Source: Lingula anatina (lineage: Eukaryota > Animalia > Brachiopoda). From it: 64,000 nucleotides of DNA. Shown piece after piece: positions 28,943 through 43,144 of this stretch; within the stretch, counting starts at the first letter, position 1; every line of letters starts with the position of its first letter. A program made the translations under genes and the position numbers. The notes under the pieces are model-generated. The model did no database searches. It was given only the letters and a program-made list of their open reading frames with translations, and was not told where the DNA came from. Where the stretch lies: contig CM120641.1 in the NCBI GenBank assembly GCA_051362555.1, positions 39,252,401 to 39,316,400 of the forward strand, read 5' to 3'.

Positions 28943-31900
28943 TTACAGCTGATATACTATTCCCTGTGCACTTGTCCTTTTCTCTTTGGTCGCGAGGTTT
29001 GTGTTTTTTTTTTTTTTTTTTTTTTTTTGAAAGTAGATGCTATGTTATAAATGAAACCTTTAAACTGATTTAGTAAAGACCAAATTTCAACTTTTTACAA
29101 GAGACCAGTTGACAAATCTTTGCAAAATTTCTTGCTGGACAAGTGCAGAATTGGCCAGAAAAATTCGTGGCCCTGGTACAGGGTACAACATTTTTGTGTC
29201 TCCAAATTTAAGTTGTGAAAATGGGTGTTTATGAGAAGAGAGTAGTGGAAAATGTACAGGTTCAGCTTGGGAATTTTTGTTTCCAAATTAAACTGAGAAA
29301 AATGAGTATTTATAAGAAAAAGATACTGGAAGATATACTGACTGAGCTTTAAGTATTCATCAACAATTGATAGCTAGATTGACCACTTATAATAAGCTGG
29401 TTTCTAATGATTAAGTACTACTGTAATTAAATTGAGAAAATGTGAGAGTGTTTATAAAATAAAAGCATTTGCTAATACACAGAGACCTAGTTAAGAATTC
29501 AGAAAAGAGCAATGTCCAGTCTTGTAAGCTGATCACTGGTTGTAAAACTCTCTCATGCCTCGGGTCTCGAGGCCCTTGGGAATTGACCACCCAGTAAGTG
29601 ACTCTTATAAAACATTCAGGCTGCTAATTGAAATGGAATAAAATTGAGATGCAGTCCTTTAGAGATCTGTAGACTCCAAGTAGAGTAGGGTAGGGAACAT
29701 TGTAGAGATGGTAGTCCTGTAGGAAATGGTGCACTGACAGTTCAGAGTAAAGATGTTTACTCTTGTAGAAAGCAGAGAGTGAGAGATTCTGAGAGAGAAA
29801 CTTGATATATTAAGCACTGGTTTGAAAAAAATCCAGCTCACTGATTATAAATTAAATCATTCTAATATCAAAGAAACTGGCATCACAAGAATGGTTTAGT
29901 GATCTTGCACAAGTGATGCAATTTATATTTAAAGTAGTGTTGACATCAACCCAAATGAAACCAAGAAGAACTACACTGGAGCACTATTTCTCTCACCTAA
30001 CACACTGAATAAGAAACTAGACCAGGATATGCTTTACAAAGATGCCATTTTATTCCCCTTATATACAATTTGTACAACATTTCAAACATAACACTTTGGA
30101 AATAAAAAAGGTATTGCACCATGAAGATAATAGCACAGATGATTTGCTGACTTAATGCTAGATCCTTACGGAAGTGTTTCCTTTATGTTAGTAATCAATT
30201 AGCTAAAAGGTCCTGGATGAAAAATAAGTTTCCTGAATGTTAGAAAAACACCATAATGATAATGACGTAATCCCTGGCAACAATTTCAACAATTTCTAGA
30301 CCTTATGACCAATATTTCAAAAGACAACAAAAATGATTACAGAGAAAAATGGACACCAGCATCAAGAGCACTGATGGTGTTTTCAAACCAAAATTAAATA
30401 TAATGAGTTAGATCTTTGGAGGTAGAAGGTCATCATTATCCAAGAAAATGGTTTGTTCAATCAAACCTTATTCCACATCTTCCATTGAATCTAACTCAAT
30501 GATTTTCATCTTTTACAACTAAGCAACCATGGGTATTTTATAGGAAGCTCAATTTTAACAAAACAAAACTTTAGATCTAAGTATTTGAAGGGTAACTTTT
30601 TGTTGTATAGCACATTATTAAAATAAGTAATTTTTTTGCTTAAGCAAAACAGACTCTGAATTGAAATTCAGGTATGTGAAAGTGTAGACTTAAATAATTA
30701 AATAAACATATTCAAAAAGTTGAAGCTGACAATTCAATTTTTTATAAAAAATGTAAGCCAAAGCTTAACCTGGCACCACCATATTCATTTTGATTCTGAT
30801 GAGAGTATCTTGCAAAATTACAAAATTGATTCAGCACCTAAGAACATTTAGTAGTCAAGAGGTTTAACCTTTATGCTACCAAATTTTGCATAAGGCTCCT
30901 GCAGAGAAACAACTATTTCTTTGCTAAATTTCCATGTTCACTCACTATTTCCATTATGCTGTTACCTATAAGTTAAAGCAGTGAGCACTTCAGTTACCAT
31001 ATGAAAAGCTTCCATCACATTTTGATATATACTTATATACATGGTGGAACTCCCCCTATCCCTATAAATGTTATAAACCCTTTCCTAGAAAACTTTTAAT
31101 GAGTCTCTATCTACTATAAATGGCATGATTAATCTAATATCTACTTAATAAAGCAAATAAAAAAATCAACATGGAATATTTATATCATAACTATCTTTTA
31201 TACAAATTTAATTACTCAGTTTTTGTCACTGGCACCTGTTTGAATCTTCTACAACCCCCTCAAAATATACATGTATTGATGTGTCTACATAAAATAAATA
31301 AATAACTAAATAATGCTGAAAATATTTAAAAAAAAAACCTAATGATTTCAACTTTTTTAAAGGCAGAGAAAATGCTTTAGCAAGTTATGTCTTATACAAA
31401 TCTAAAAGTATATATGTACGTGTTCAATTACAAGATTTTCAAAGGGACATAGTTGAAATATCTAAACAATGTAAAATGTATCAGAATTTTACATGAAATT
31501 CATAGGAACAATCTACATAGTAATACAGATGGAATCTTAATTTATTCTTCGTTATTTAACTTGAAAGAAACCCTTATTTTTTTTTCTTCACTGTTGTATT
31601 TTAAATCGAGTTTAAATCAAGTAGGAAGTTATGTCTGCACCTGTTTGCCCACCTCAACATTTCCAACTAATAACAAGAGAAAACTGTAGCACCGAGTTTC
31701 ATTTTTGTTGCAACTTATAGACCCTACTCTCTTAGGAAGACCTAAGCACTGATTATTTTTCATTACATCTAGACAAGACTGTGGCTGACTCATTTATAGT
31801 GGTCAGTTACAGATAGTTTACCACTGACTAACAAAGTAGATGCTACTAACCTTTCCTCTCTGCAAGATGACTTTTGCCTCCAGTAAGTGAACAGATGAAC

Positions 31901-32446
31901 TTTTAGCTTAAGTTAATGTGTACAAGCAACATTGTCCGTCATATCATAATATTCATCTAATTATAATAATGTGCTGCAGTAGGTGCAAGTAATAAGTGAT
32001 CTAAATTTCTGATGACGATATTCATAATACGAAAGATAACATACTTAATACTATAAAATGGTTATATGTAATTATCTTCTCAGAAATTTATCTGCAATAG
32101 ATCCCGGCCTCTCTGAATAATACTAGATTATTCAGTGCTACTCATGAAAGATGTAAATTCTATATCAATTTGTGTGTTACTTGTCTAAATACAGTGATAT
32201 TGCAACCACATATTGCACCATGTCATACATGTCATAAAGATATATAAATTCCCTCTCCTGAGTTTATGTCAAAGTCTATGTACTACTCGAGGTACTCTTT
32301 CAGAATGTACGAGGAAGAATTCTTGGCAAAAGCAGCATGTAATTGTACCCCAGAGTGCCATGTGTCATTCTTATTCTTTGCACCTTTCCCTATAGAGTGT
32401 TAAATATGGCAGTACTGAATTGTTAAATCCTTGTCAGTCAGTCCCC

Positions 32447-35400
32447 TTATTGTGCAGCAATCTCCTGATTTGCACTAGTCCCAGTGGAACAGGTTGGGCT
32501 GATTGCCCGCAGTGGCACAATGCTTGCCGTCTTGATTCCTGCCAGATTCAATAAGGCATCGGCTCCTTCCACAATCTTTCTCTCCTCATCTTCTTCCTCG
32601 GCTGCTCCTTCTTCTTTCTCATGGCATCCATTTGTGCGGGTACAGTTTTGCATCTTGCGCTCCTCCAGACTGCCACCAATGCGTACACGACTCGTTCGCC
32701 CATCATCCAAATTGCTGACATCACTGTCGTACTCTTCAAAATCGCTGGCCTCACTATGGTAATCACTGACGTCTGCATCTTCTGCGTCGCTGGTGCCACG
32801 CCTGCCAAACTCGTACTCCTCGTCAATGGATGAAGATGGAGAAATGCTGCGGTGCTCACGCGGAGAGCCGGATGAAGAAGATGCGCTATAGGTGTGGTCT
32901 TCACTGGGGCTGTTGGTGATCACAACTGGGGACCTGGGACGCTTCTTCACAAAGTTTCCAGGACTGTATCTGTAATGTTATTATTATATACAACATTTAC
33001 TATTAAAGTCAGTTTTAATATATGTGGGAAGGTGGTTCAAAGCAAGGAAGTAATATCCAAACATTCTCACATTTATGCATCGAAAACATAAGCTGATGAT
33101 AGTAAATATTATCAAATTGTACTTGGAAAAACACTGGTTAATATTATTCATGTAAATATAATCTACTCACACAAAGTATTATGAAGGTTGGTTGCAGACA
33201 TTAGTAAAATATTTATTATCAATGCTTGCATTAAAGCTGGGTAACTTTCCAGTTAAAAAAAGAATCTATAAAAGTAGTGTTGGGAGGGCAGCTTTTCAAT
33301 ACCTACCTCAGTTTCCTCTTTAGCTGAGCCCTATGGCGATCTCTCTCGCTACCAAACTCTGGCGGTGAGGGAGACCTGTGACGGTACATTGCACTGCCTG
33401 TCTTGCCATTGACTAACTGCAAGGGTGTGAGGGGCTTCAGGCGAGGATCTGAAAGTGTTATTGTTATGTTTATTACAAGGTACTTAAACAGCACATTTTA
33501 CAGAAGAATATAGGGAGTAAACTACATAGTCAATCAAGTTTATCACAGGCCTTCATCATTTATCAATTATACCTTTATATGAATGGAACACCTATGAAGC
33601 ATAAATAGACTGTTAGGATTATTTCAGATGTGGGCACATCTAATGAATGTTAGATTATCTTTCAACAAAACTTTTTTTGTCTAGCTCAGAGCAAAAAATA
33701 TACATATTCCTAAACCCATCTCATATGCTTTTTAGTATTCACTTACTGTCTCCAGTTCTTTGAGATCCTTTCAAAGCTACCAAAGTATTTGCAACATCAA
33801 TGTCCATATCTGGAAAAAAATCATTATATTATACAGTTACAGTTTTGCAACCAATGAAAACAGATCCCTTACTAAAATTAATTTTTTCCATTTTCTATCT
33901 ACCCAGTGAAAGAGGAAAAAATGGTACAATGAACCTAAGAATCTTTACCATAGGGCTGCATCAGAGTCAAAACAGGACAGTGCTTTAGGTACAGTGCATA
34001 TATTTACTGCTGAAGCACTACTACAAGCAGCTGTGGATAAATGCCCAAAAAGCAGGTTAAACCAGACTACAAATTAAAATAAAGTTTCAGGCTATGATGA
34101 TCTTTGTCCAGGTTACAACACATTAACTATTTCCAATTTATTATCACAGTCTTGCATGTTATTATTTGCTTGTTATAAGGAAGTGTGAAAAAGTGTATAA
34201 AGATTAATATTACATGTTTATGATTAATAAATAATTAATATGAGTAATATTTCATTTGCTAACTTGACAACATTGCAAAACTGAGTTGTTGATGAAAACA
34301 TGAACCTTCATGTAGCTGAATAAAAACAACCATGGAATCACAGAAAAAATACTTCTGGTTTATTGTCACTAACAAAAGAAACAGATTTATGTCTTTTAAA
34401 TCAACAGAGCCACTGTTCTTAGCTCCACCAATTGATTTATCAAATGGACAACCACTTTGCAGTGCCCAAATGTGCTTGAGTACAGGTGGCAACAGCAGAT
34501 GTAGCTATAAATTTACTTAAGTAAACTATGTTGTGATAATGAGAAAGGATCTACAGAAACAATGGAGCCAGGCCAACCAATCTAATATAACCACACTTTG
34601 CTTGTTTACAGAACATTTGACATTTATTAGCTGTGTTTTTCAACACGTTTGGGTGGTATTCATTTCATTATGTTTTCTTGAGGTTTGCCGCATGCAAGAC
34701 TAGCATAAGAATGGGAAGCATAAAAGGCAAATGTTGACTTCAATTACACTCTACAACTGTATCATTTTTTATTATCTTCATATCTGTTGTTTTGCAATTC
34801 TAATCCTCAAAGACATTGGGAGTCAAGGGAAATATTTAGATAGAGTAACTTTGTTAGACACACAGTTCTTTAACATAACTGTTGCTTGGAAACCAATAGC
34901 GTTAATAAATATCTCTATGACTACTAAATCAAATGAAGCAAAAATGTTTTTTTTGCCACGTTTTTATGGAGAGTGAAAAGATCTTAAATTTCTCTCCATG
35001 TGTTTCTGTTCTTACCTGTCTCCGTCTTTGACTGAGCTAATCTCCTACTTAGGAAGGGAAAAAGATCTGAAAGATAGGCAATGACAGAAGAAGCACGTCA
35101 GCACACAGCTACAAAGACTAGACAGGGCAACTAAAAGTTACAGGCACACCAAGTGCAGTTCAGACAAGAGCAGACAACATGATTCACAATTAACTTCTAC
35201 ATTGATTAACATTTTCTTTTAGCATGTTATCTAATCTAATCTTGAACTCTTATTGTGTCAGAGAAAAACAAAAAACTAAACTACAGATAGCTCATGAGTG
35301 TTTGCACAACGTTTTAGCAGACTAGAAGCAGGTTCAATATATGGAGAAGTTGCTTGTAAACATTTTTGTGCAGTTCCTTCATACTTTTCAATGAGAGTTC

Positions 35401-38400
35401 ATGTTACAGGTGGGTAATCATTTACCCTTTCCTTTTTTCATCCAAATCAGTGGAATTGAACTGCAGGTGTTCCACCCCTGTTCACCCGCATGTTTTACAT
35501 GACTCATTACCAGGTGACTTTAAATTGGACAAGGATAAAGAAATGTTAAGGCCAGAGACAGATATATACTGGATAAAATGGGAAAATATTACTTTGCTAT
35601 CTATTTTTGTTGCAAACCTGGACGCTATTAAAAAAACTTTAAATCTTTTGACTGAAGAAAACCTTAGACATTGCGACTTAAAAATGTTTGGATATAATTA
35701 CAGTGAAAAGTAAATGAAAAGTTAAGAGGGGTTTGATAGGAAAATAATACATTAGAGTGCACTTTATTAAATTTTAACCACATAATGAATCCAAGCCAGA
35801 TGGATCACAATAGATCCTTCCAGCTGATCAACTGTTTCTGGCCTTACATTTATTGTTAAGAAAACTAGAAGTAAGTGAAAAAAGTGCAGATGTTGTTCAC
35901 AATCACAACACTTGGTGTCTAATAAAAGCAGTTTTATCTTTTACTTACGTGGAGGCAAGGAACTGTTCAGGTTGAATCTGGGTGTCAGTGGCATCGGCCG
36001 AGGGTTGCTAGAAAACAGAAAGCAAACTTTTTATTCAAACTTATCATTACTACTTGAATAAACCAAGAACATGCTTTTACAAATTGTAATATTATATTAG
36101 CATACAACTTCAGCATTAATAATGGGTCATTCCATCCACATGTGAGTTGTCAACAAAACCATAACAAAGGAAGAATAATTTCCTAAGTAACTCCTGACAC
36201 GTGATATCACATTTCAATCATTTTTCACAGAAACAGTGGACCTCTAACAACATAAAATCAAACAGGTAACATTGTGAACCACGTTAACATAATGCTATGT
36301 ATCAGATAATAGAGATGACACCTGATAACTGTACCATTCATATCCACAACATTATTCTGTATACAATGTGTACTTTGAGGTTTTTTTCTTATCAGAAATT
36401 GCTGATAGCAAAGTGTACCATATTTTGGTACATAAATAATTTTCAAATAACAAAACAAAGCACTTCTCTTTCAATGATGAAGTTTGGATAACACCAACCT
36501 ATGGTTTGTATTACATCAGTCTTTCTACAGTTTTGTAACAGAATTCAAACAATTTATTGATTTCTGTGTGCTAAAATGTGTTGGACTGATTACATACAAC
36601 AGGCAATTTGAGAGAAAACATACAGATATGAAGAAAAACCAATGGTGTTTAAATGTATCCTCATAAAAAATTCCAATATGCAAGGAGAAAATATACTCCA
36701 TTGTACTTTGTTTTCTAAATGATGTTTGACGTATGTGAATTACCTCTTATACTAAATTTAACAGTGGTGAGCAAAATTAGTAATCGCTTTCATCAATGAA
36801 AAGTTGAATGCTTCTCTTATCAAATAACACTTCACCAGTTATACTGTAGAAGAATATTGATTGATGTTTTTTGGTTTTGCCAATCAATATGTAAACTGAC
36901 TGAAACCATGATTTAGTCACATCAAACAAAGAGACAATTTATATTTCATTATGCATAGTGATCTATCATTCTGTGACACAAATAAATGCTTGAAGTGTCA
37001 CTTTGTCTCTTCATTTTTTTTCTTTAAGCTGACAACACATACTTTTTCTGTACTGTGTGTGTTTAACTTAAAAAGCTGACAAGCAAAATCAGGCTGACTG
37101 ATGAGTTGTCATATGTAATATGTGTGATCCTTCTTTTCTCCTGGCAACTATATACAAGTAGGCCAAGGAAGACACAATTTGCATATCAATACACACAAAA
37201 TGACCTGCATAAAAACCTGTGGAGACAGCGGAATTCATATAACACACAAGACCTATCCAGAACTATCTAATGACTATTGGGTTGGTAGAACACCATATTT
37301 TAGGGTCTATTTGTTCTAAACTGGTGCCAACACGTAGAAAGGACCTCTGTACACTTACTTATATCAACCATTTACCAAGAATTTTTATGTTGCTGCCAAT
37401 GTAAAATTTATATAAATCATATATTCTTTATGGGTTTATAAAATGGACAGGATGTTGCTCTTTGCAGTAGTAGATTATTAATGCAAAAATAACTGATGCA
37501 TTTTTGAAGTTTTCCGGGGGGGGGGGGTTAGATTTATGTTTTTAAGAAGAGAACTGAAAAACAGAAGCCAAAGAGAGGAGGTTAAGGCATATAAAACCAA
37601 CTTAACAGCAGAAAATAAAAAAAAACTCAATTTTAAATCCTATTGGTGAGCCAAGCATTCATGTATCAATCCTTACCCTGGAAGAACAGAGTATGAGTAT
37701 GTCTGGGTGACTGGGGGGTTGGCAAGCATCTGTAGCTGGTGGTAAGGGTGGTATGGGGTCTTCCTGAGTGCCTGCAGGAGGTTGGGTCTGTAGTCTGGGT
37801 CGATGCACCATAGTGATCCTTTGCCTATACTCTGAAAGAAAAATTCAAAACAGAAGATGAATATGTGCACACACACACAAAAAATTATTCTAATTTCAAT
37901 AGCATATGCTTTAAAATACACACATCTATAATTACAATTGAACAATTAAATTAAAAAGAATTATCCAACAAATTAAGTACATTTTTGGTATTAGTTCATC
38001 AGATTTTGATTTTCTTTTATTAAAAAACCTTCAAGGGTGGCTAAAAGACTGGTGGTAGACCAGCACAGCCTCCAACCTGCCCTTTACATATGGCCTTACA
38101 GAAACTGACAACAAGCAGAGCTTGACTTAGTCTGCACACCTGAGAGTTTTTTTTTTTTTTTTTTTTGACCTGTTACTTGATAACATTGAACTGCAATTAG
38201 GCTTGGAAAATAGTAAAGGTGTAAAGAGTAAAACCCTTTCAATAAGGAGGGCCCCTATTTCACATGTATGTGTATATATCCTGCTAAGGCTCAGCATTTT
38301 TTTTTGTTTTGTTTTGTTACTTCCATGTGCATTGACACGAAGAAACCTCAGACGTACTTCACAGTCAATAGATACTAGTATATATTTTGTCTCAGTGGAA

Positions 38401-41400
38401 ATAAGTAATATTATTAAATGTCAGCAACTCCTGTGTGACACCAGCAGTACACTTGAGTGGTGTTAGCAGTGTAAGGTGGCCCAGTGCTCATCAGCTAGTC
38501 CCTTTGTCCAGTCACTTACCTCTTTACAGGCACTCTGGAAACTCACAATATTTTATCCTTAATTCCATTTGCACTTAGTATAGAATGAGAACACAGGGCT
38601 ATGCTACTAGCAGCTTTTGCCACGGACACTGGGAAATCTGCTGTGTAAAACGGCCAAACATCAAAGAACCTGACTCAAGTTGTGTATATTGTTTTCATTT
38701 ATCTATCACCTGTTCTACCTGAATTGCTGCTAAATGCAAAATAAAGGGCCCTGGGTAATAATTTCTAGCCATACAGTTTACTAGGATTCCCCTGTGAATA
38801 CTAGATAAAGTGCATCTTTTATGCTATATCCGAACCTGGTCGCCTAATTGAATACTCGCATACTAGCACTAAGTAAACATACTGAAGTAGAAAAGCTGCC
38901 TGTCCATTAGTGCTGCTCTACAGACGTTGGATCTTTTTTTTTTCAAGATTACACGCATGCTATTCTATTCCTTTGTTACCAAATGTGACAAAGCCACTAT
39001 GAGCAACATTTGATATTAATATACATAATACATCTAAAATAACATTTGAGGACAATTATATTTACAGATCAAATTATTTATGTTATTTCCATATGATTGC
39101 TACAGTGAGAGCATCTTTCATCCAAATTCTATTCTTTTGATACCAAATGTGACAAAACCATGAGCAAAGTTTGATATTAATATACATAATACATCTAAAA
39201 TAATATTTGAGGACAATTATATTTACAGATCAAATTATTTATATTATTTCCCATGTGACTGCTATAGTGAGAGCATCTTTCATCCAAATTTTATTCCTTT
39301 GATACCAAATGTGACAAAACCATGAGCAAAGTTTGATATTAATATACATAATACATCTAAAATAATATTTGAGGACATTTATATTTACAGATCAAATTAT
39401 TTATGTCATTCCCATGTGATTGATATAGTGAGTGCATCTTTCATCTTAACCTAGTCAGGCCTAACCAACTACCAGACTAGGCACCGAATGATCCTTAATT
39501 CACCGGTACATCGGAACACTATACCCGTTTTCAAGGTGTGCATCAGTACGCAGAAGTTTCAGAGGCGACACCACTCTTACCTAGTACGCGATGTGATAGT
39601 GATGATTCTCAGAGGGGTTGGAAAGTAGTGCATCTGATCTCAAAATTTGTTCCGAGGTATGATATTGTGAAATGCAGAAACATGGAAATAAATTTTTCTA
39701 TGGTAGTAACATGTGAAACTGGTTGCCTTTATCTCACTTGATAAAACTGCCTTTTGCAATCATGACCTATTCACTATTATTATAATTATTACTATTATTT
39801 TGCATTCTTCATACCAGATAAGAAAATATAAAACTAGTTCATAATTATCATAATGCTCATCATTCTCTCTATGGGTCAGCATCCTTAACAAGGGGTCATT
39901 TGGTCCAAATTAATAATGCCTGGTAAGAGTGGCCTATATTGTACGGATACTGGACTGTGCACATGCAAGAACCTGTTAGCCAAAGATGTCTTTTGCCCAT
40001 CCTACTTCTGTAGAGATAACAGACCAGCTGTTGCTTTTCTGAACAGTGGTGGAGTCTTAGTACATGTACTAGTAGCTGAACTTTGAAGAGCGTCTTTTCA
40101 AGAGTGTACAAAGAAGAGGTCTGCTGTCATATTTCTTAGCAATGAAATCGTGTTCTGAAGGTTATTCCTATTATTTAGCAGAACTATATATATATATATA
40201 TATATATATCCCCTGACATCCTTCTATAGTTCTCAATCATTTCACAACCTCATGTATACTTCACGGACCAGATATGTGAGGTCAAATCCACATGAGAAAT
40301 CAAGCTGAACTGTCACAGTAATTTAATTCAAAACTGGGTTAAAAGCCACTAAATAAATGCAGGAGACGAAGACTGATAAGATGCACTATTCACACAGTAC
40401 AGTTCAACACAATCATAACACAACAAAGACCATTCCACAGCATTTGGAAAAGCAAAATAAACTGCGAGAAAGATTTCCAAAGACAGAAAATATTTCCCTA
40501 TTAACATCCTAAATCTGTTCATGTCACCAAGATTTATTTTTAACACAAATAAAAAACAATAAGATAGAAAAGGTCGCAAAACCTGACATAGCAAATGACA
40601 TAAATAAGATCCTCCCTAACATGACAATGCCTGAATGATGGCCATCACTAGTTTTCATCATTTTTCAACAGTTGCTCTGAAAGGTAACCCAATCTCCAGG
40701 AGAGGTCACGGGGCCAGAACCGCTTGGGTGGGTTCCAAATTTAAAACCAGAGTTCAAGTCAACTTGATTTGATCCAACAGCTTGAAGTCAGCAATTCATA
40801 CCCTTATCTTTCAATTTTTTTCACACAATTCCCATATATTTTCATTTTTGCTTTTGCCTCATTTATGTCGTCAAACGGCCAAGGCATAATAACTAACACT
40901 TGTGAGTTCCTTTCTACATAAGTAAAGAGCAAAGCTGCTACCACTTGCCATACTTAATCAGCAGGAAACACAAACTGCAACTAACAATGTTTTCCATAGT
41001 TACAACAAACAACATGGCTGCAGAAACAAAGTCAACATTCAGTTGGAACAATGACACTCATGAATGTTTAAACAAAAGTGTCATCAATCAACAACAGTAG
41101 AAATAGACAACCATGATAGATAAAGCAAAATGCTTCATCGTAATATATCACTACTACGGTCAGATACTTATTAAATGCAAGTTAGGGTGGTGGAAAACTG
41201 CAGGACCATAAAAAATTAATAACTGGTTGAATCCAAGACATACAAGTACTGTTAAAGCTGCTATGCTGTGATAAATACACCTTACTTTTGGAGAAATCTA
41301 TACTACTTAGTGTTTTCCAACCAATATTGACCCCTAACAGTTCTTTATTGGATATGGAGATTTTTTACTTCAGGCTCTTGGAGAGTCTAACCTTTTTAAA

Positions 41401-43144
41401 AGCTAAGCTTTGGTAAGATGGAAAGAGGACCAGAATTTTTTTAGCCATTTCAGGGTGATGCTTGTGGCAAATAAGCCTCTTTTGGAACAAACCCAATACA
41501 GATAAAGCATAAAAGTGCCAAAAGGAATTTATATTGAAAATTTTTCAGTAATGAAACATCCTGCCATAAAAAAAGGAACCACTTTAGTTGCCAGTTCGTG
41601 GGAAAGGATGTGGATGTCATGACATGTGATTGGCAATTTTACTCAAGCTTCTTTTAAATCTGTGAAATATGGATTAATTTAATTGATGAGACATTGTGCG
41701 TTGTGTCAAGTGTGTTAAACTCTTCTTAACCTTGTACCATAACTACCATAATTGTGCCTTTGTTCAGAATATAAAAATAAGGATTATGAAAGGACAATTT
41801 CAACTAAGGATGCCACTAAATATATTTCAATGGTTGAAACAACATTCTTTTTAAGGCTTTTTAATCATTTACAGTTTTTTCTACCTAAGTTTTTTTCCCA
41901 AAACATAAAATATATATTGATGAAAAGAAAATGGGTTTAAGAATCCAAGAAATTTAGCTGACAGACTGGATTACTGAAATGCCTGCCCTATGCTAATTTG
42001 AAGACAACGTAAATATCAAAGGAGTGACATATGATAGAGAAAAAATGTACCTCAACTGTTCTACAAACCTAGTGGGTTTCAATAACAGAAGATTTCCCCT
42101 TGTACTACAATGCACAGTGTCATATTTCCATCCTGTCAAATAGTATAATATTTCAGATATCTGTCATATGCCCGAGTTATTATGAATCTGGTTTTAAAAG
42201 TTTACCTCATGGACTATTTGCCTCAGGTACACAATACCCTTCCGGCTGACCTTAGGCGGATTATTGTCACAGGATAACAATGAACCAGGTATTAATCAAA
42301 GAAAACTATTTAATATGGTCATTCTATGGAACGCCTTTATAAATTTAGTTTGGTGATTATTTCCTGTTATTACTACTTTCTTTTAACAATAAATAATAGA
42401 TTAATAAAACCAATTATGATACCAAAGATTTAGATTATTTTAAGCTTTCATAAAAATAAGGTGACTGTTATAGTTATGAAAGTAAGAGAGAAGGAATACA
42501 TGTTGAATACAAACCTGTCCCCTTTCTTTTTCCACTTTCTTGAAGCATTTGTTGAGGGATAAATTATGACGGACAGAGTTTTTCCATCCTGTTGGCGCAT
42601 TCTGGTAGTAAGGGAAGTGTGTTAGAATCCAGTTATAAATGTCTTTTACTGGAAGCCTTTTCTGTGGTGAGTCCTCAATTGCCATGAATATCAGACAGCT
42701 GAAAGAGTAAGGTGGTTTACTGTTTACATGTTTTTGAGGATTATAGGGCACATTTGGAGGATGAACTTGTCCACTGACTTCCTTGCCATTTACTTCTCCT
42801 TCTTTATTTTCCTTCTGAGTCTCTGGGATATCTTCCAAATCTGCTTCACCGGCAATATCCTTCAGCAGGTTTGAGTCCTGGAGCCAGGCTAAACTAGTCA
42901 AATCATCATCGTCATCTTCATCAATGGGGCCCTTATCCAAACGGATTTCTGCAAAACAACTTTTTGCCAGTGGATCCAAGTCTCCCAGTTCTAATTCATC
43001 ACATGAATCTGGAGCTGAATTAGCAGCATTGCAAATCTTCAGCATTTTGGATAATGCACTATCTGGGAAACTCTGGCTTAGACTGTCCACAAGCCGTTTG
43101 CGAAAATCCTCGTCACTTTCCTCCAATCGTTTGTTGGAATCCAT
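32447..43144 (-). CDS. FOXN3: Forkhead transcription factor FoxN2/3; coding exons 43144-42515, 37831-37677, 36007-35949, 35066-35016, 33809-33747, 33448-33307, 32969-32447
   Basis: DLTSLAWL; forkhead [52 protein letters not shown]|[22 protein letters not shown]; [10 protein letters not shown]; EDHTYS; C-terminal ADALLNLAG. Phases are consistent. Likely AATAAA (minus strand) at 30049-30054. Confidence 0.95.
38962..39445. repeat. Three tandem ~163-bp units in a FoxN intron, possibly the core of a decayed HINE (~38797-39545)
   Basis: aaatgtgaca recurs at 38981, 39145 and 39307. ACTAGA plus a short hairpin near 38800 and tatacccgttttcaagg near 39520 resemble HINE ends (weak). Confidence 0.85.

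Noticed and set aside
29388-29609. TTATAA-bounded segment with a cctcggg..cccttggg hairpin, reminiscent of non-autonomous DNA elements
   Set aside because: Single degenerate copy with uncertain boundaries and family.
32484-32904. Overlapping ORFs of 70-118 aa
   Set aside because: Alternative-frame and antisense shadows of the GC-rich FoxN last exon.
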